Of a DNA stretch of 64,000 nt, positions 14,128-26,500 are shown piece by piece. The DNA lies in NCBI GenBank assembly GCA_964247055.1, contig OZ176050.1, forward strand, positions 14,384,001 to 14,448,000, given 5' to 3'. The position numbers and the translations under genes are program-made. The stretch is from Paragordius varius. Lineage: Eukaryota > Animalia > Nematomorpha. The notes below the pieces were generated by a model that ran no database searches, was not told the DNA's origin, and saw only the letters and a program-made list of their open reading frames with translations. The first letter of the stretch is position 1. Each line of letters opens with the position of its first letter.

Positions 14128-15711
14128 TCACAAATTTTTCTCATAATTTTCATAATCAGGGAGTGTTACATCCTCGGCATTGTTGGAAGATGAATCTATG
14201 GCTGAGTCTTGTTCATGATTTTCGTTGAAATCCCTAAATTTTTGATAGCAAATTTCTTTTATACTGATTAAAGGGCCCAAAATTTTTTAAAAATGTCTAT
14301 AAAATAATATTCCATTTATTTAAAAAATTCAAATTTACTGTTAAACAATTCAAATTACCCTTAAACAATTCATATTCACCCTAAAAATAAACTATCTGTT
14401 TCCAGGCAGCTAATATAATTCATTAGTATAGTGAAATAATTCTTAATGGGCATAGTTTCTATTTTAAAAATGTGTAAGAAATTAATTTACCATTTACACA
14501 AATTCAAATTCACCCTGAAAATAAATTATGTGTTTTCGGGCAGCTAACATAATTCATATCAGTAATGTGAAATATATCTTAATGGGCATATTTTATTTTT
14601 TAAGTATTATTTTAATTTTAAACAAATCATTTTTTAAAAATAATAAAAATACAGGCAATTTTTAATCTTAAAATACAAATATATATATTAGGGTTGATTT
14701 GAATTGTGGGTGAATTTGAACTGGAGAATATATTTAAATAAGAATAAATAATGAATTTGTAAAAAATGGAAAATTATAATTCAAAAAATTTATCAAAATT
14801 ACAGTAGTACAATTAAATTATACGGAAAGTAAAAATATAAAGACAAATTTTTTTACAAAAGACAATCATACGTTTTTAAACCTTAAATTTTACTAATAAA
14901 AGCATTTATAAATTCGGTATAATATATTATTGATTGTGTCACCAATATACATGTCTATATAATCTTTGAATTTAAAACAATGAGTTATATTTAAAACAAA
15001 TTATTGAAAAGTATGGTTGTGTTTGAAAAAATTATTTGTCTTTATATTTATTTGTCCGTAATATTTCAATTTTTTACTATAAATTTAAATAAATTTTTTT
15101 TTACAAAAACCTAAACGCTAAATTTTAATAAAAAAACGGTAAATAAAATATATGAAATACTCATTTGAATCCTGAGATGGTATGGTGGAAACAACAAGCA
15201 AATTCTATTAAATTATACTTTTTATAAACTTTTTCTAATCCTCGAATAAATTTATCGACACATTGATAATTACGGTAAGGATCAACTAAAAGTTCAGATA
15301 TCCGTTGTATAGTAAAAGGAATACTAATATACTTTTTAAGAACGTAAAATACCCATCAAAAGTGTCATATAATTGCAAAAGGTCAGATTTTAATTGTTCA
15401 AAGGGTAAATTTTCGACATATTTACTGTCAATTTGTTTAATCACAGGATATTTAGCATAAAATTTATCGATCGTTAGTTTAGTATATTCGACAAAAAGTT
15501 GTTTAATTTTATCCCAAGCAAAGCTAATAAGTAAATTTAGTTAAATAAAATTCGTACTAAACATGTCCAGTTTGAGCGATATATTTGACATAATTTTCGA
15601 GTAGAGGCGTAATTTCCGTAACTTTTTGTAAATCTTAGACATAAGAAAATAAAGTAAGATACTTTTCAAATCCAAAGCTAACTCATGTTTATGTTGATCA
15701 AATTTAAACAT
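14128..15711 (-). CDS. PPP4R2: Serine/threonine protein phosphatase 4 regulatory subunit 2-like (6 exons, ~189 aa; 206 aa if the upstream ATG at 15762 is used)
   Basis: Exons (minus): 15711-15663, 15633-15558, 15523-15353, 15323-15230, 15204-15161, 14263-14128. All junctions are GT-AG and phase-consistent. Spliced peptide contains [22 protein letters not shown] and [40 protein letters not shown], matching the PPP4R2 signature (human [22 protein letters not shown]...DKFLRGVEKNVMVVS). The last exon is the least certain. Confidence 0.88.
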
Positions 15712-15778
15712 GATGATGGGTTTGGATTTGGGGTCCACCGTTTTGCGCCTGTATTGTTTCATACATTCGTTACTCGAG
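15712..15778. promoter_or_regulatory. Putative ultra-compact bidirectional promoter / overlapping 5' region of PPP4R2 and MTMR9
   Basis: 67 bp between the divergent start codons; about 46% GC by my count against an AT-rich background. Function is inferred from geometry only. Confidence 0.55.
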
Positions 15779-18700
15779 ATGAGTTTAAATACCAACTCAG
15801 TGGTTTTCGACAATGTGGTATGTTACGTTACCACAGCAAAATATTGTATTATATCGATTAAGATTCACAGCAATACTCTATATCTAAGTCTTAATTCTAC
15901 TAAATCAATTATAGTTAGACCCTTTTTTTTATAAATTTCTAGATTCCAATTAGCTTGATTGATTATTATGAAAACGCTTTTGATCTAAGTCAAAATAAAT
16001 TAGTCTTACATTTTAAAAATTTGAAGATTATTGTATTGGAGTTTCAGACGCTTGATACACTGCTACAATTTACTTCGCTTTTAGATAAAACCTCAAGTCA
16101 AAAACCTATTGCTTTGTCTTTATCCAACCAGCGATCTAATAGTTTTGGTTGCGATATATGGGCATGTATTCCCTTTTCTCAAAACTTCTCACGTGTCAAT
16201 ATAAATTTGGACAAAAAAGTTTATTTTTTTTAATTATTATATAGATTTGTCCAACTTATCCAGAAACATTAATTATCCCCTCAAACATTTCACAATCCAT
16301 AATCTGCGAAGCCGCTAAATTCAGACGAAATGGTCGTTTTCCAATTCTTTGTTATGTTAATAGCGATACCAAAGTAGCACTAAACTATATTAATATTTAA
16401 TTATCTTTATTAAAAATTATCAAAAAAGTATTCCCTTCTGTTTTAATATTCACAAAGGGTCAATTAAAGTTATTTTAATCAAAATAAAGTGGTAAAATAA
16501 TTGTTTTCTTAACGCAATTTGTATTTTAAATTTAAATTGTTTCCACTAGATCGTTTACGGTTGCGAATTAGGTGAGACCGTTGACTGGTCTCATTAATGC
16601 AACAATTTTTTTTTACTTTATTATACTTTTTTAACTTTAATTTTTAATTTTATAAACTTTGATTGAGAATCTTTTTAGATACTTGCAAAATTAGATTTTA
16701 AACTTTTTAACTAAGTTTTATTCTTATGCTTTTTGGGCACTTTTACTTAGATCTTCAGAGTCACCATTTTTTTAATCAAAACTAAACCCAAATCTATTAG
16801 ATACTTCATGAATTACTTTTATGAGAGACTTTTCTAGTTCTAATTTTATTGCTTTTCTAAACTTTTTTTACTTTTTTGACTTTCAATTCTCATGCTTTTA
16901 GGCACTTTTACTTAGATCTTCTGAACCTTTCTCTGGTCTCACCAATCACCATTTTTTTCAATCAAAACTAAATTCAACCAAAAAGGATATATAAAATCTA
17001 CTTCAAAGATTGTTTTTTAAGTCTAATCTTTTCTAACTCACTTTTATCGCCTTTTTGGGTACTTGGTTAAAAATTCTATAAAAACCGTCAAAATTGATTG
17101 TCCTAAACTTTTTTTTACAATTAAGACATTTAAATTTATGCTTTTCAGGGACTTTTACTTAGATCTTCTGTATCTTTGACTGGTCTCACCAATACACATT
17201 TTTTCAATCAATACTTAACCCAACCAGATACTATTAAATACTTCAAAGATTGTTTTTTAAGTCTACACTTTTCTAACTCTACTTTTATTGTAAACTTTTC
17301 TAAGTTTTCTAACTTAAAATAATTCTTATGCTTTTTAGGCACTTTTACTTAGATCTTCAGAGCCTTTGACTGGCCTGGCCAATGAACACAGTAAGTGTGA
17401 TGAACAATATCTCAACACTTTTTTGCATTGTGAGGGAAGGCATGTTAGGGGTTACATCATTGATACCAGGACTTCCACAGCCATACAAGATGCTAAATTA
17501 TATGGTTAACATAAATTTTAAATTGAAAATTGAAAATCGACTAAAATTTCTACTTTTATATTTTACGAGTAAAAATAAACGCGTAACGGAATATTACACC
17601 TATTTTTTCCAAATAACTGCTAAAATATGTATAATATACCATTTACAATTCAAATTCACCCTCGAACAATTCAAATCACCCTTGAACAATTCAAATTCAC
17701 CCTCGAACATTCAAATTCACTCTTGAACAATTCAAATTCGCCCTAAAAATACATTATGTGTTTTCTGCCTAATATGACTTATGATTAATAAGATATATAA
17801 TCGTTTGGCATAGTTAATTATTTTTTTCATTATTATATTAATTTTAAATTTTAATTTCGTTTTTTTTAATATTAAAAAAAATATAGGTAATTTTTAATTT
17901 CAAAAAACACGTAATTTATTTTAGAGTAAATTTGAATCGTTCAAGGATGAATTTGAATTGTGTAAGGATGAATTCGAACTGTAGATGGTATATTTAAGTT
18001 ATTTGGGAAATTGAAAATCAACTAAAATTTCTACTTTTATATTTCACGAGTAAAAACTAAAAGTTTTACGAATAATAATACACCTATTTTTTTAAAATAA
18101 AGCTTGTCATATTGCTAGGTGTTATGCTAAAAAATATATAATATTTATAGTAAAAACAGCGGATAATAAACTCTAAATTTTGGAATTTTTAATTTTGCAT
18201 GAAAATAAAATATATTTTTCATTCAAAAAATAACGGCATAAATGCATTGATTGGTGTTCACTTGAAAAACATAAAAAATGGCTAAATTTTAACCACAAAA
18301 CAATAATTTATGCTTAAAAAAACCATTTAGTTATTATTAATTTTTTTGACTATTTACAGTATGCATTTTAATGGTTACTTATTTCACACTATAGTTGGGT
18401 TATTGGCAATACAGTAGTGTATGGAAAAAAAGAAAGAAGGTAATTGTTTATTCAACATTTTGTGTTTTCCATACACTCCTGTGTTGCAAATTGCCCTCTA
18501 TAATTTAAAAGCATACTGTTTATGCTTCTTAAATTAATAAAAATAGTTAAAATCATTTATTTTACACATCTAAAAAAACTGGTTTTAAATATGAATTACC
18601 TCTTTATATTTTTCTTTCTTTACAAAAAGTGATTTTTCTAAAGAAAGAAAAAATATTTTGTTTAATAATATAGGTGGTGGTTCTGAACACGAAAGTCGAT

Positions 18701-20518
18701 ATCCGCAATGGAAAAAGGTTTACTTGGGTCTAGATTCTGCCACTTATCAGGGCAGTTTTGAAAAATTTGTTTCAAGTAACAACTCTTTTTAGTTTTAAAT
18801 TTACAATAGAAATAAGATTATTATACGGGTTTTTTAAGGGACAACCATATTATTACCATATTTTTTCCACAAAACTATACCCCATTTACATTTCAAATCC
18901 CCCTTGAACAATTCAAATTCACCCCGAAACAATTCAAATTCACTCTTAAAATAAATTACGTGTTTTTCTACGAATAAAAATTACCTTTATTTTATAATAT
19001 TTTCAAAATATGAAATTTTGTTAAAATTAATATAATGCTGAAAAAATAATAAACTGTGTCGTAAAAATATTTTCATATTATTGATGAGTTAAATTATCCC
19101 GAAGACACAAAAATTATTTTTAGGGTGAATTTGAATTGTAAATGGTATATATATATTACAATCATAATGTATACATAATAGCCTCTAAGTTAATTACTTT
19201 TCAATTATAATGTATTGGGTTGTTAAATGTAGGGGTTGAAATGTAAATAAGTAACACATTCAGTTATACATTTTTTAAATGCGTTTTTAAAAAAGTATAG
19301 CTGTTTCTTTAACACTTCGATTCAAATTGGGGTATCTAAATACCCCAGACCAAATTTAAATTAAAATTTTTAAAGAACTACTGAAGGAAACGGTCCTAAT
19401 TTAAATTTATGCTTCTATCCTGATAAATATTATATAAATATGCCAAAATATCTTGATAAAATTTTGTTTTGAAAAAAAAGTTACATCTCAAACTACTTTG
19501 ACGCCATTTTTATTTTACAAAAATTTTGCAAAATATCGTCTTCATTTAATTTTAAGGGTAAAACTAAAGCTTATTTTTTATATAAATTACATCTAACATT
19601 GATAGAAATAGAAAAAACGGTTTATTTTGTATTAATTTTAAATTTTACAATTTGACACATGTCACGTTGACTAAATTTTTACCTTTCAGTTTTAGCTCAA
19701 AATAAGTAATATCAAGTATTTTTGAATAAAATTTTTTATATATTTCGGTTTATTAATGTTATATAAGTGCAAAATTTTGCCATGGTTTCGATTGCTTCCA
19801 TACTTTGTAAAGTATTTGATTTTAAACAGGCCTGGGGTATCCAACTACCCCAATTTGAATCGAAGGACTAATATGAGTGTCTTGTATCCAAGTGTTAAAT
19901 GAATTTAGTTTTATCGTTTTTTGTGTCTTTATATATTTTTGAATGATAAATTAATTCGAAATTTGTAAAAGTAAGATTGTCTTAAATCCGCCACCATTTC
20001 AAGCGATAAATGGGTGTCCAGTCTTGATAGTTGTCAATGGTTACAACACATTAACGGATTGCTATCCGGGTCTAAAACTATTGCTGAACTTTTAATTTCA
20101 AAAAGTAGTATATGTTAGTTTTTTTGAAAGATTATAGATTTTTTTTCGCTAGAATAAAGAAAAAAATATAAACAATGATCTTAGGAAAATAGTTAAATCC
20201 TGTTTATTAATGTGCTTGATTCACATATATAGGAAATCTTGAAAGTTAATATTATTATTAAGTTTAAAATGAATCGAGATGAATTTTTAATTTTGTTGTG
20301 TTAAAGTAACTTCGGTAATATCAAGTTTCACCGGGATGTGTTGTAAATTATTTGATAACAAAATTTTCATTATTTACTGTTATAAATCATATTTTATGCT
20401 TAATTTTTTTATTGAATAGACATGTTTATAATTATGGAGAGTTTGAATATACGGCTATCTTTTTTTATTTGCTTTACATCTCAAAACAAATTTGATGTAT
20501 ATTAATAATTTCCAATTG

Positions 20519-20564
<46 letters not shown>

Positions 20565-23500
20565 ACAGTTTGAAATATATATAATGTATTTCGATTTTTT
20601 ATGTTTCATTGTGAAATTACGTTAAGAACAAATATTTAACCATAAGAAGACTTATTTATTTATTAAAATATTAGTTTAAAAATAAATTGCTATTATTTTA
20701 ATACTTTTTATTTTTAGGTTCTCCTATATTAATTCACGATGGACTTGGTCTTGATTGTACGCTTCAAATCACATCCTTAGTTCAAATTTTATTGGAACCC
20801 AAATGTAGAACGATATCAGGGTTTAAAAACTTTCAGATATTTATAACTATCAAAAGCTCCTTTTACTAAAGAATTATTGTGAGGTTAAAATGTCAAGGAT
20901 TCTCAAAAAAGTAGTTAAAATTATTGAGGTGTTATAAAAAATGACTGCTTCACTAAGTTAAATATATATTCTTTTCCTTTTTATAACTATGCGGAAAATT
21001 TAAATATGAAAAAATTGGCTTCGGAACACCTTTCAATTATATCTTTCTTTTTAGCCTAGTGTTAATAAATTCCTGTTTTGTCCTAAGAAAGTTTAGAAAA
21101 ATTTTATATAAAATAAAAAAGTCAAAACAAAAAAACCAAAAAATTTGTCTAAAAAAACAGCCAACATGTTTTAACCTCCTTGATTTTTTATACGCTAATT
21201 TTACATAGTTAGAATTTTAAAATATATAATTGAGTGTGTTACCAATTTACATCTCTATTACATATTTTGCAGCGCAGACGATATTTTACATCTCAAGGGG
21301 TAAAAAATATTTTTCCCATTTTTTTTACCTAAAAAATTATGTGTGGTTGTCGTTTAGGTATTTAACGTTTTGTCTGTATGAAATTTTAATTTTTACTGTT
21401 AAATAAATGTTTTGATGAATTTTGCATTTAGAAATATGTGTTGGTTGGCTTCTTGGTATTTTACGTTTTGTCTGTATGAAATTTTTAATTTTTACTTTGA
21501 AAAAAATGTTTTGATGAATTTTGCATTTAGATTTTTGAATCTTATTTATCGGGAATGGATTGAAGCAGGGCATCCATTTGCTACGAGATGCAGGTCGGGT
21601 CCATTTTCACCCCAACATCATGCTAATCTAAAGATTGATAATTTGCATTTTCCAATTCCTTCGAATGAACATTCATCTCTTCAAAATCTTAAAACAAATA
21701 ATTGCGACATAGCCGACAAGCATGAAGGAATAGTAGTTTCAGAAAATTACTGTAATGCACAGTTTTATGATTCCAAGGATGAGAAGGGAAATAATATAAA
21801 TACCCATAGTAATGTAAATTCAATCCAAAATGAAGCTTTTGCAACGCTTTCAAATTGGTTTTTTGCATTTAATATTTCTTGCTTGCAATCTAATACTCAT
21901 TTGTGCGAAAATAATGATAAAAACTTTGTCGAACAGAAAAATGACTCAACAATAGATTCGGCATTTGAATTGAGAAATTTAACCTCTAACATTGATGATC
22001 AAATATCTCAAAGAAGTGGTGAATTACAAGAAATTTGTAATACAGTCAATTTGGAATCTCTAATAGATATTGAATCAACAACTATGGAAACTCAAAAAAC
22101 TATGACTTATGACAACCCGATTTCAGATAGTTTTGAAACGCGACAACAAAATATAAACAGGAATTTTACGCCCGATTCTATGGTTGATGAGGGGGACATG
22201 GAAAATTTTGTTGAGATTTCTCCAGATTGCACAACCAGCAATGTTAAGGATTGTAAAAATAATTTTTGTCAGGAAACTCCAACTTTAACACAAGATAAAG
22301 AACATACTTTAACTAATTTTGAGGGCTGCCTTTTACAGGGTGGCTCAAACGAATCCATACATTCAATTTTCACAGACTTAACGCTAGACCAAACTTTTGT
22401 GGGGCAAAAATGTTTAAATCTGAATGTGGACGAATATGATGAACTCAATTATACTTTGGAAACTGCTTCTGATACAGATAATTTGCAGTCTAGTAAAGAA
22501 GAAAATATTTCAACATTAGAAGAGAAGAATGGTGATATTTCGGCCCAACAATCAATGGATAATAAAAATTTGTGCGCGGATGTAGTTACTACTGTGGTAT
22601 GTTTTTTTTGGTTTTTTGGGGAAATTGGGTTGTTTTGAGATTTTTACTTAAAAAAACTTTTTAACTTGATAGATAGTTATTTTGTTTAGTTAAAAGTTTT
22701 GTTGTAATTAGGAATGTCTAACATTCGACCCACTGAAATATTTTTGCAATCCGCGATAAATTTTAATGGGGTAAAATTGTACGAATTCAAGTAATATAAA
22801 GGTTCCAAAGCCAATTTTCTGAATAAGGGTTTGCAAAATTGTGTAAAATAATCAATAGCTAATAAAATATTTGTTAATTACCATATATGTTGCGAATGCG
22901 ACACGCTAAATTAATTGTATTGGAGATCCCTGGTTAAATTAACGAAAAAATCTTTAAACTCTATGAATAACTGGATATAAATAATTTTTTCATTGTAAAA
23001 AGCACCGCTAAAAATAATTTTAATAAAATACATATGTTGAAACCAGATTAGTTAATACTTTTTAGAATAGGAAGTTTGTATTTTTTGTTAAAAAGATAGT
23101 TTTTTTAAGAGATAACTCAAAAATTTGTAGAAATTAAATATTTTTAATTCCTAATTTTATTTTATTTTTAGGGCGAAACATCTGTTGGTACCCCTGTCTA
23201 TTCAGAAGATTTATTAGATAATAATAATTCCACTTTTTATACTGAGCGTTTGATAAAGAACAATACTGACACCAATATAGTTGATGTTAATTTTATAAAA
23301 AACATAATATCAAATGATAATTCCAGGAAGGAAAAAACGAATATAACTGAAAATTTAAACATAAATAACGATAATTTTGCTTCTAAACAAAATAAAAGCA
23401 CCCTTGATATTAACCAACAAAGTATGGAAAAGAAAACCGTAATAAATGAGAAATCAAGAGCAGTTATAACGCCGCAAAGGGTACTACCAATGTATCAGGG

Positions 23501-26500
23501 CTTGGGTATAGTCAGTACCAATAAAGTAAGATATAAAAAAAATTTTCAATGTGTTCTTTTTTCAAGAATTTTAATGTTTTTTTTAAAGAAAAACTGGATA
23601 ATGATTGTTATATATATATATATATATATATTAGTTTAGATCATATTTGACTGATTTTTTTATTTTGCTTTATAATCGATGGCGAAGTAAAATGGTCTTT
23701 GAATTTTTTTATTGGTTATTTTAATCTTTTCTTATTTTAAACATTTTAAAATTACAAAAATATTATTTTGTCCATATTTTAGAAGACGGCCTTACACCCT
23801 AAGATTAGCCTATCGGGGGGTTGACGCTTGCGCAACGGGTATCTTCTTTCCGGGTTTGGGTTTTTTACCACAGCACTCTGATTAAGGGTACTTTCCTCCG
23901 GTGATAGGTGAGATTGTATTGTAGTTTCCGAGGTTTCTGGGTTGAAGGTGGTGTCCATGGTAGATTCTGGTGTTTGAGACCGTTGTAAAGGCTGGTTTTC
24001 AAGAATAGAGGGAGTGTTTTCCCCCGATGCTGTATCAGTGTCTCTATCGAGATGTTCTAATCGTTCGCGTAGCTTATCCGCGTGTTTTCGGCTAATTCCC
24101 TCCTCGTCTTGGACTTCATAAGATAGGAGTCCCCTTCTTCTTAAGATATGCCCCTGCCTCCACCCCTTATTCAACTCATTCTTTATATAGATTGGTTGAT
24201 TGGGCTAAAATTCGCGGCGTGGTGCTTTATGCTCTATAAATTCGGATGGGGTCGACTTTACCCACGAGATAGGGTTGTGTGTACTTGACGTTTTAGGAAC
24301 AAAGCGGAGGGGGTTTCTTTTATCGACGCGTGGGAGCATGTTCGGTATGAATATAAAACACCGTTCATGGCTTCATAGGCATGCATTGACTCGCCTTTAG
24401 TGGAGTAATATTTGGTTTTCAAGGTTTTTATCACTTTTTCTACCAACCAAACCGTTGGTCTTTGGGTGATAGGGTGTGGCTCGGATGTGTTTAATATTGA
24501 ATTTTTGTAACACCAATTCGAATTCTTTTGATGCTAGCTGGCATTGTCAGTTACGATTTGTCGAGGAAATCCAAATCGGGCAATATGCTTTTCTAGGCAA
24601 TTTAGAATGGTCTGAGTCGAAATCACTTTGAGCATATCCACCTACACCCAGCGAGTAGCGCTATCAATAGTTACCAACCAAGAATAACCGTCTACTGGGC
24701 CAGCAATATCTATATGTAGCCGTTCCTATGTCAGCGTAGGTGGGTTTTCAGGAGCATTGGGTCGGTTGAATTGCATGCCTCGCAATTTTCTACCCAATGA
24801 GCGAGATTGTTCTCTATGTCGGGCCAGAATACCGAACTGCGGGCCTGGGATTTCATGGTATTTAACCCATTGTGTCCGGCGTGTAAGAGCTTTAGAATAG
24901 TGTTTTGCATTGCGCGTGGAGTTAAACGATCATTCAGGTAGTGTTGTACATTGCTCAACTATAGTGCAAGGTGAGCAACCATTAAAATGCATACAGTAAT
25001 ATCCATTTGTTTACAATAGTAAATATGCTAGGGTTTTGATTAAAAAATATTTTTCGGAACAACCTTAACCAATTATGCCTACTGATCAAATATCTTAAAA
25101 TAAGCTTTAATCTCAAATTTTTAGCATAAGCATATTTTTTTAAAGTTATTTTTTTTTCCTGTTTTTTGCTTAGCTTAAATCAAAAAATGCCCCCGATATG
25201 TCGGGTATGGCTACGAAATCTTCGCTATTTAATCGAGCCCGTCAAAATATCATTCAAACATGGAAAAATAATTCAAATTTGATTCAAAATGCAGCCTCAA
25301 ACCTAGCCCATGCATATAACACAAATACAAATTTAATAACCAACAATTTCAATGAACATATTAACTTTAATAATATTAATAAAGTTCAAAATGATGTTAA
25401 TCATAATTTAAATGTTAATAATAAGAATACCCTGAAAAATGGTGAAAGGAATGGATTGATCCCTAGCGCACCTGATAATGTGGGTCTGGTTGTGCCCTCT
25501 TTCCTGCTCTTTATTGAAACAGTTTTACAGGTAATATATATGCTTTTAAAAAAAAATTGTTAAGATTTAAAGTTTAATAAACCATTTACAACTCAAATCA
25601 CCCTTGAACGATTCAAATTTACCCTTGAACACAATTCAAATTAACCCTTGAACACAATTCAAATTCACTCTAATAATGAATTATGTTTTTTTAGGGCAGC
25701 TCTTATAACTTATCATCATTAATATAAAATAGTTCTTATGAAGTTTTTATTTTTTAGCAGTATTATTTTAATTTTAGACCAATCCTCATTTTCATAAAAA
25801 TATAGATGTAATTATTAAACATATAGTTAATTTTAGGGTGTTGAATTGTTCAAGGACAGACTTGAAGGACAAATAATAATTTACAATTTTAATCCTTTAA
25901 GATAAAAAAGTCAAAAAAATATTTTTCACTTTGGATGGGAAATAATTGAGATATAGTGTCTTTTTAATTTCAATATCACTGTAAAACGAAAAAATATAAT
26001 TTGTATTATTAAAATAAATTATTTTTTTCATTAAATTTAGATTATGTATCAGTATCCTACAGCCTTTGAATTCAATCGATTGTTTCCCATATTCCTTTTT
26101 AATTATGCTTATGCCGGTTTATTAACAGGTATCTATATACATTTTTGCTTAAATTGTAAAAATTTGGTTGATATTAATAAAAATGCCAAATTAATTATCA
26201 AGTATATTTCGGATATTTCTTTAAAGTTTTTGTTAATAGTTAGCAGTTTTTATAAAAAAACCAAATAATAAAAATTTTTGCTTTTAATAAAAGTAATCAC
26301 CTATTTTACAAAACCTTAAAAGAATATTTCTAAACGACTAGAGCATTTAATTTTTATGAGTTACCTGTAATTTATATATCCTTAATTTTTATCAAAGTTT
26401 TTTTTATACCTTAACTGTAAAAATAATGAAAAAAAATTAATATTATAAATGGATATAATAAAGGAAAAGGTTTTTTGATATCTAAAACATATATTATCAT

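Noticed and set aside
21412-21530. N-terminal part of the 408-aa ORF as a stand-alone gene start
   Set aside because: Intronic repeat sequence upstream of the true acceptor; the ORF is an internal MTMR9 exon.
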